From the NCBI RefSeq assembly GCF_009914755.1, contig NC_060933.1: a stretch of 64,000 bases of DNA. One strand, written 5' to 3'. The stretch is from the human T2T-CHM13v2.0 reference genome, Homo sapiens. Position 1 is the first letter of the stretch, and each line of letters starts with the position of its first letter. Positions 55,303 through 64,000 of this stretch are shown in pieces. A model generated the notes under the pieces. That model had not been told where the DNA came from. It worked only from the letters and a program-made list of their open reading frames with translations, and ran no database searches. The position numbers and the translations under genes are program-made.

Positions 55303-56625
55303 TCAGTATAGGTAAATTTACCCCTAACTCATTATATGAGTTTTTCAAGTGTTTCGGGGAACAGGAATGTTTTCCAAAGGGAGGTAGAAATACAGAAACT
55401 AAGAGTAGTATGGGAGGAAGTAAGTTCGTGCATTTTAGTAAGCTGTCTCCTTTCTGGCCCAAATCAAGGAAACAGGAAGAATAAAAAAGGTCATTTTAGA
55501 CACAAAAAACTAAATTTCAACAACAATTCCTACTTGTAAGGAAGAAACTAATTTTGAAACATGCCAAGCTGTGTTTGGGAAAGGAAGTTAAATCAAAGAC
55601 CTGAATCTAGGAAAATTCCTTGGCATTATGTCTGCAACTATATCCAGTAGCAAGAATTACAATAGATTACTCACCCCTTGGGTCAGGGACGAAGGAATGT
55701 TTTTGCAAAGTTGCAGAAAATAAAATCTGGCATATATTTATTAAAGACTTGGTAGATAGGAAGAAGAGGGGAGGTCAGAAAAAGTGCAAGAGTAAACCTA
55801 TTTTTTTTTTGTCAGATCAAGTCTCTGTATCAAGGCACTATATATATTCTTTTGGTCTCATGTATTTGTATTTCTTCATAGTTATATGATGTTGGGCAAC
55901 TTATTCCTGTCTTAGTTTCCCCATCTGTAAGATGAAGATAATACCTTATTCATAGACTTCTTGTCAGGAATTAACTAATACATTATAAAAGTTAAACAGT
56001 TCTTGGTACATAGTAGACTCTCAATAAATGTTAACTATCCTCATCATCACAACCACCACCATCCTCATCATCGTCATTATGCCAGCACCTCTGACTTTGA
56101 TCATGTGGTTTTCGCTGTGAGCAGTGCCTTCCTTTCTGTGCTCCATCTGCCTGGTTTTAGTCGTACTGCTTCTGGCAGTTTTTCCTGAGAATTCCAACAC
56201 AAGTTGCAGAACCTTGCTGCAAGATGGAAGCCTGAACTTGGTGCTGAGGTGTTCTGGATTCATTCAAATGGTGGACAGCCATGGGGAGAGCCCTCAACAA
56301 CATTGTTGAACAAATATATGCTGAGCACTGCTTTATGTCAGCACCAGGCTAGCAGCAGGAGATAGAGATGAGGAGTGATGGCCCTTGCTTCCAAGGAATT
56401 ATTTATCTAATGGAAAAAGAAACATATAAATAGATAAAGAGATATAACAGAGGTATTTAAAAGGCACTGTAGTACAGCAAAAGGCAGAAATAATCTAAAT
56501 GTCTGAATCATCCTCCATCAGCCTAAAAATATGCTGGACTATTTTCTTTCTTTCTTTCTTTCTTTTTTTTTTTTGATGGAGTCTCAGTATGTCGCCCAGG
56601 CTGGACTGCAGTGGCATGATCTTAG

Positions 56626-56910
<285 letters not shown>

Positions 56911-57182
56911 TGATACCCTAAAGTCTTACTAAGTGCTGCCAAACTTTGGAATTTTGTCAGTCGGAGGAAATACATGTTATTTCAATGTAGTTTTAGTTTA
57001 TAGTTTTGTTACTGTGAATTAAGCATCTTGTCATGTATTTTTCTGTTCCTGTTTTTCACTCATTTTTTTTCTGTTGGATTGTTAGCACTCTGTATGTAAG
57101 ACAAATTAGCCCTGCATAAAAATTCCACATTTTCCCCAATATGTCCCTTCCTTCCTTCATAATTGTATTAAAATATAATTCA

Positions 57183-57385
<203 letters not shown>

Positions 57386-57429
57386 CTAAGTGAAAAAAGA
57401 CAATCAATAGATGCCAATATGAGCCATCA

Positions 57430-58899
57430 CGTTCCCCAACTTCAAACTATACTACAGGGCTACAGTAACCAAAAGAACCTGGTACTATTGGCACAAAAAC
57501 AGACACATAGACCAATGGAACAGAGGAGAGAGCACAAAAATAAGGCTGCACACATACAACCATCTGATCTTTGACAAACCTGACAAAAACAATCAGTGGG
57601 GAAAGGACACCGTGTTCAATAAATGGTGCTGAGATAACTGGCTAGCCATATGCCGATGACTGAAACTGGACCCCTTCCTTACACTATATATAAAAATCAA
57701 CTCAAGATGGATTAAAGGCTTAAATGTAAAACCCAAAACTATAAAAATCCTGGAAGACAACCTAGGCCATACCATTCTGGACATAGGAATGGGCAAAGAT
57801 TTCACGACAAAGATGCCAAAAGGAATCACAACAAAAGCAAATATTGACAAATGGGATTTAATTAAACTAAAATTAAACTTAATTTTAGTTAATTTAATTT
57901 AATTAAACTAAAATTATACTTTTGCACAGTATAAGAAACTATCAACAGAGTAAACAACCTACAGAATGGGAGAAAATTCTTGCAAGCAATGCATCTGACA
58001 AAGGTCTAATATCCAGCATCTATAAAGAACTTAATTTTACAAGAAAACCACATTAAAAAGTGGGCAAAGGACATTAACACTTTTCAAAAGAAGACATACA
58101 CGCGGCCAACAAGCATATGAGAAAAAAGCTTAATATCACTGATGATTAGAGAAATCCAAATCCAAATCACAGCGAGATACCATCTCACACCAGTCAGAAT
58201 GGCTATTATTAAAAAGTGAAAAAACAATAAAAGTTGCTGGCAAGATTGCACAGGAAAAGGAATGCTTATACACTGTTGGTGGGGGTGTAAATTAGTTCAA
58301 CCACTGTAGAAAACAGTGTGGCGATTCCTCAAAGACTTAAAAACAGAACTACCATTCAACCCAGCAATCCCATTATTGGGTATGTACCCAAAGGAATATA
58401 AATCATCTGTCATAAAGACACATGCACACGTATGTTCACTGCAGCACTGTTCACAATAGCAAAGACATTGAATCAACCTAAAGGCCCATCAATGGTAGAC
58501 TGGATAAAGAAAATGTAGTACATATACACCATGGAATACTATGCAGCCATAAAAAAGAATGAGACCATGTCCTTTGCAGGAATATGAATGGAGCTGGAAT
58601 ATGAATATCCTTATCAAACAAACACAGAAACAGAAAACCAAATACCGCATGTTCCCACTTATAAGAGGGAGCCGAACGATGAGAACACATGGACACATAA
58701 GAGGGGAACAACACACACTGGGACCAGTTGGGAGGTGGAGGTTGGGAGGAAGGAGAGGATCAGGAAAAGTAACTAATGGGTATGAGTCTTAATACCTGGG
58801 TGATGAAATAATCTGTACAACAAACTCCCATGACACAAGTTTACCTATGTAACAAATATGCGTATGTATTCTTGAACCTAAAATAAAAGTTAAAAAAAA
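57430..58899 (+). mobile_element. Older primate L1PA-type 3' end (ORF2 C-terminus, 3' UTR, A-tail), preceded by Alus at ~56545-56822 (-) and 57184-57385 (+)
   Basis: aacttcaaactatactacagggctacagtaaccaaa...aacctaaaataaaagttaaaaaaaag. Confidence 0.88.
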
Positions 58900-60664
58900 G
58901 AAAACAAAAATCAACAAACACTTGAAAACTAAACCACATACTTCTACATGATCTATGCATCAAAAAGGAAGTTTCAAAGGACATTTAAAAATCAGTTGAA
59001 CTGAATGAAAATAAAAATAAAATCAAAATTTGTGGGACGCAGCTAAAGCAGCACTGAAAGGGAAACTTATAACACTAAATGCATATATTAGAGGAGGCAA
59101 AAACCTCAAATCAATAAGCTAACCTCCCACCTCAAGAACCTAGAAAAAGAAGAGTAAAATAAACCAAAACCAAGAAGATGGAAGGAGATAATAAGGTTAA
59201 AAGCAGAATAGAATGAAATGGAAAATATCATAGAAAAAAATCAATAAAATAAAGAGCTGATTCTCTGAAAAGATCAATAAACTTCACAAACAACTAGCAA
59301 GACTGAAAAAAAAGATGCAAATTGTCAATATCAACAATGAAACAAAATAACCATTACAGGTCCTGCAGACATCAAAGGGATTGTAAAGGAACACTACAAA
59401 CTCTACACACATAAATGATGTGTGTAGATGGGTATATAGCCATGGAAATGGATGAATTCCTTGAAAACTGCAAATGACCACAACCTCACCCAATATAAAA
59501 TAGGTAATTTGAATAGCCTTATAACTATTAAGGAAATGTAATTCATAAGTTAAAAGCTGTCCGAAATCTTCAGGCCCAGATGGTTTTCCTGGATAGTTAT
59601 ACCAAATATTTGAAGAGGAATTAAGAGCAATTCCGTACACTCTCTTTCAGAAAATAGAAGAGGAAGGAACACTCAATGAACACATAAAACTAATTTTATG
59701 AAGCTAGTATTATTATCTTGATGTCAAAGCCAGATAAAACCAGTACAAAAAAGAAAACTATAGGCTAATACGCTTCATAAATATAGACACAGAAATCTTT
59801 AACAAAACATTAGAATATATAATTCAGCAATGTATATAAAGAATTATATACCATGACCACGTGGGTTTTATTCCAGGGATGCAAGTCTTTCTTAATATTA
59901 AAATCTCAATCAATGTAATCTGCCACATGAACATAGTAAAGAAGAAAAATCATATCATATCACTAAATGTACAAAAAGCATTTCACAAAATTCAATATCC
60001 ACTCATGATAAAAACTTTCAGGAAATAGGGAAAGAAAAAAAATCCTCAACCTGATGAGGAGTATCTACAAAAAAACCCACAGTTGATATTATACGTAATG
60101 ATAAAAGACTGAATGCTTTCCACCTAAGCTCAGGAACAAGGTGAAGATGTCTTTTGTCACCACTCATGGTTATCTACTAAGGAAATTCCAAGGAATCTAC
60201 AAATTCTTATAAGTAATAAGTGAGTTCAGGAAGATCACAAAATACAAGCTAAAATACAAAAATCAATCATATTTGTAAGCACTAGCTATGAACATGTGAG
60301 CACTAATTAAAAATGCAATACAATCAGTCAAGGAAATGAAATCTAATAAAACATGTACATTATTTAAATGATGAAAAGTACACAATGTTAATGAAAGACA
60401 TCAAAAGATCTAAATTAATGAAGAGACAAACTGTACTCATGGAGTGGAAGTTTCAACACAGTAAAGATATAAATTCTTTTCAAACTGATATATATGTTTA
60501 ATGCAATTCCCATCAAAATCTCAGGAAAATTCTTTATAGATGTAGACAAGATTATTCTAAAATGTATATGGAAAGGCAAAGGAACTAAAATAGCTAAAAA
60601 CAATGTTCAAAAAGAAAGTGGAAGGAAACAGTCAACCTGATTTTAAGACTTATTATAGCTGCAG

Positions 60665-60825
60665 TATAATAAGTCTATAATAATAATATATAATAATTAT
60701 TATATATATAATAATAATATATATTATAATATTATATATATAATAATATATAATATTATTATATATAATAATATATATAATAATATTATATATATAATAA
60801 TATATAATATATAATAATAAGACTA
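60665..60825. repeat. AT-only low-complexity (TATAA)n-like expansion
   Basis: ~140 nt with only A and T, flanked by taataagtctata / taataagactata. Confidence 0.92.
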
Positions 60826-61080
60826 TATGTTACTGGTAGTGGGACAAATACATAGATACATGAATAAAACAGAGAACCCAGAAGTAGATCCTCACAAATA
60901 TGTCCACCTGATTTTTTGACATACTTGAAAAAACAGTTCAATGGAGGACAGATAATCTTTCAACAAATGATGCTGAAGCAATGGGACAGCCATAGGGAAA
61001 AAAATGAACCTTGACCTAAGTCTCACACATTATACAAAGATTAAACCAAAATGGATTACACACTTAACTGTAAAATGTAA

Positions 61081-61629
<549 letters not shown>

Positions 61630-61800
61630 TAGGATGGTCTTGATCTCCTGACCTCGTGATTTGACTGCCTTGGCCTTCCAGAGTGCTGGGATTACAGGCG
61701 TGAGTGACCACGCCCAGCCTTAAAACTTTTTTTTTTAAATAGGAGAAGATCTTCTAGATCTAGGGGTAAGCAAAGAATTCTTATTTATTTATTTATTTGA

Positions 61801-62022
<222 letters not shown>

Positions 62023-62755
62023 TAAGTCGGACTTCATCAAAATTAACAAATTTCTTTCTTTCTTTTTTTTTTTTGCTTTTGGATACAGGGTCTCACTCTG
62101 TCATCCAGGCTGAATACAGAGGCAGGATCATGGCTCACTGCAGCCCTGACCTCCCAGGTTCAAGTGATCCTCCCACTTTAGCCTCCTGAGTAGCCTGGGA
62201 CTACTGATGCGCACCACCACACCCAGCTGATTTTTTTTTTTTGTTTTGGTAGATAATGGAGTCTCACTACGTTGCCCAGGCTGGTCACAAACTCCTGGAT
62301 GCAAACAATCCTCCTGCCTCAACCTCCCAGGGTGCTGGAATTACAAGTGTGAACTACCATGCCCAGCCAACTTTTACTCTTAAAATATCCTGTTAAGAGA
62401 ATGCAAAGACAAACTACAGAGTGGAAGAAATTATTTGCAAAGCACATATCTGACAAGGGCTAGTATCTAGAATATACAAAAAAAAACCTCATAAAACTCA
62501 ACAGTAACCTTACTTGGTAAGAAGCATATCAAACTTTTCTTCAGAAAGTATGCAAACAAGAAAAGAATATTCTAAAATATTTAAAGTGTTGAAAGAAAAA
62601 CCTACCAGCCTAAAATTCTGTATCTAGCAAAATTATCATTCAAAAGTGAAGGAGAAATAGGCCGGGCAAGGTGGCTCACGCCTGTAATCCCAACACTTTG
62701 GGAGGCCGAGGCAGGTGGATCACCTGAGGTCAGGAGTTTGAGACCAGCCTGGTCA

Positions 62756-62980
<225 letters not shown>

Positions 62981-63261
62981 TCACACCTGTAATACCATGT
63001 AATCCCAGCACTTTGGGAGGCCGAGGCAGGCGGATCACGAGGTCAGGAGATGGAGACCATCCTGGCTAACATGGTGAAACCCCGTCTCTACTTAAAAAAA
63101 GAATACAAAAAATTACCCGGGCGTCGTGGCGGGCGCCTGTAGTCCCAGGTACTCAGGAGGCTGAGGCAGGAGAATGGCATGAACCTGGGAGGCGGAGCTT
63201 GCAAGTGAGCCGAGATCGCGCCACTGCACTCCAGCCTGGGCGACAGAGTGAGACTCCGTCT

Positions 63262-63294
<33 letters not shown>

Positions 63295-64000
63295 GAAGGA
63301 GAAATGAAAACTTTCTATGCATTAAAAAATGGAGTATACTTGCCTTGCAAGAGATGTTAAAAGAAGTTCTTCAGAGAGAAGGAAAATTATATAGGTCAGA
63401 AACTCATATCTAAATAAAGAAAGAGTGCTACAGAAGGAATAAATGAAGCCAAAATAAAACAAACAATCCAATTAGAACATGAGCAAAAGATATGCAGAGA
63501 ATTTCACTGAAGGAGTTATGCAGAAGGCTACTAAGCACGTGCAAAGATATTCAACATCATTACCTATTGGGGAAACGTATATTAAAACCACAATGAGATA
63601 TTATTACACAACTATCAGAATGGCTGAGATAAAAAACAGTGACAACACCAAATGTGGGGATGTGGATAAACTAGGAAATCATACGTTGCTGGTGGGAATG
63701 TAAAATGGGATATTCACTCTGGAAAACAGTTTGTCAGTATCCTAAAACAATAAACATGGAATTACCATGAAACCCAGCAATTTCACACCTGGACATTTAC
63801 CTTAGGGAAATGATGAGTTGTATTTACACCAAAACCTATAATGAATGTTGATATGAGCTACTATTTGTAATAGCAAAATGTGAGAAAAAGAAAAAAAACC
63901 CAGATGTCGTTTAATGGGTGATGATGGTTAAACAAATTGGTATATCCACACCATGGAATTCTGCTCAGCGATAAACAGCAAGAGCTATTGATATATGCAG

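Noticed and set aside
56003-56188. Poly-His ORF
   Set aside because: A (CAT/CAC)n microsatellite at the end of a MIR-like fragment.

Overview
Human (or great-ape) genomic DNA, about half of it interspersed repeats. It matches the DENND4C-RPS6 locus (9p22, from memory). The + strand carries the last 17 coding exons of DENND4C (Rab10 GEF; 761-40976). They splice in consistent phase to 3624 nt (1207 codons plus stop), followed by a ~2 kb 3' UTR. The - strand carries all six exons of RPS6 (750 nt CDS, 249 aa) with a 5'TOP start and a CpG-island promoter near 49024, convergent with DENND4C. Upstream of RPS6 are an Alu-interrupted NDUFA5 processed pseudogene and an L1/Alu-dense region with an AluYa5. 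Almost all non-exonic ORFs in the track are Alu/L1 artefacts. I see no new gene family. The best candidate for an undescribed system is an inferred cluster of splicing switches in DENND4C around the PPR-encoding exons: a GC donor competing with a downstream GT donor that brings in a stop, a QKI/RBFOX-flanked 147-nt cassette, and a putative 72-nt poison exon. Other notable items are a ~310-bp dispersed intragenic duplication, a MADE1 hairpin in the 3' UTR, and three adjacent hairpins in RPS6 intron 4. Repeat boundaries and subfamily calls were made by eye and are approximate.
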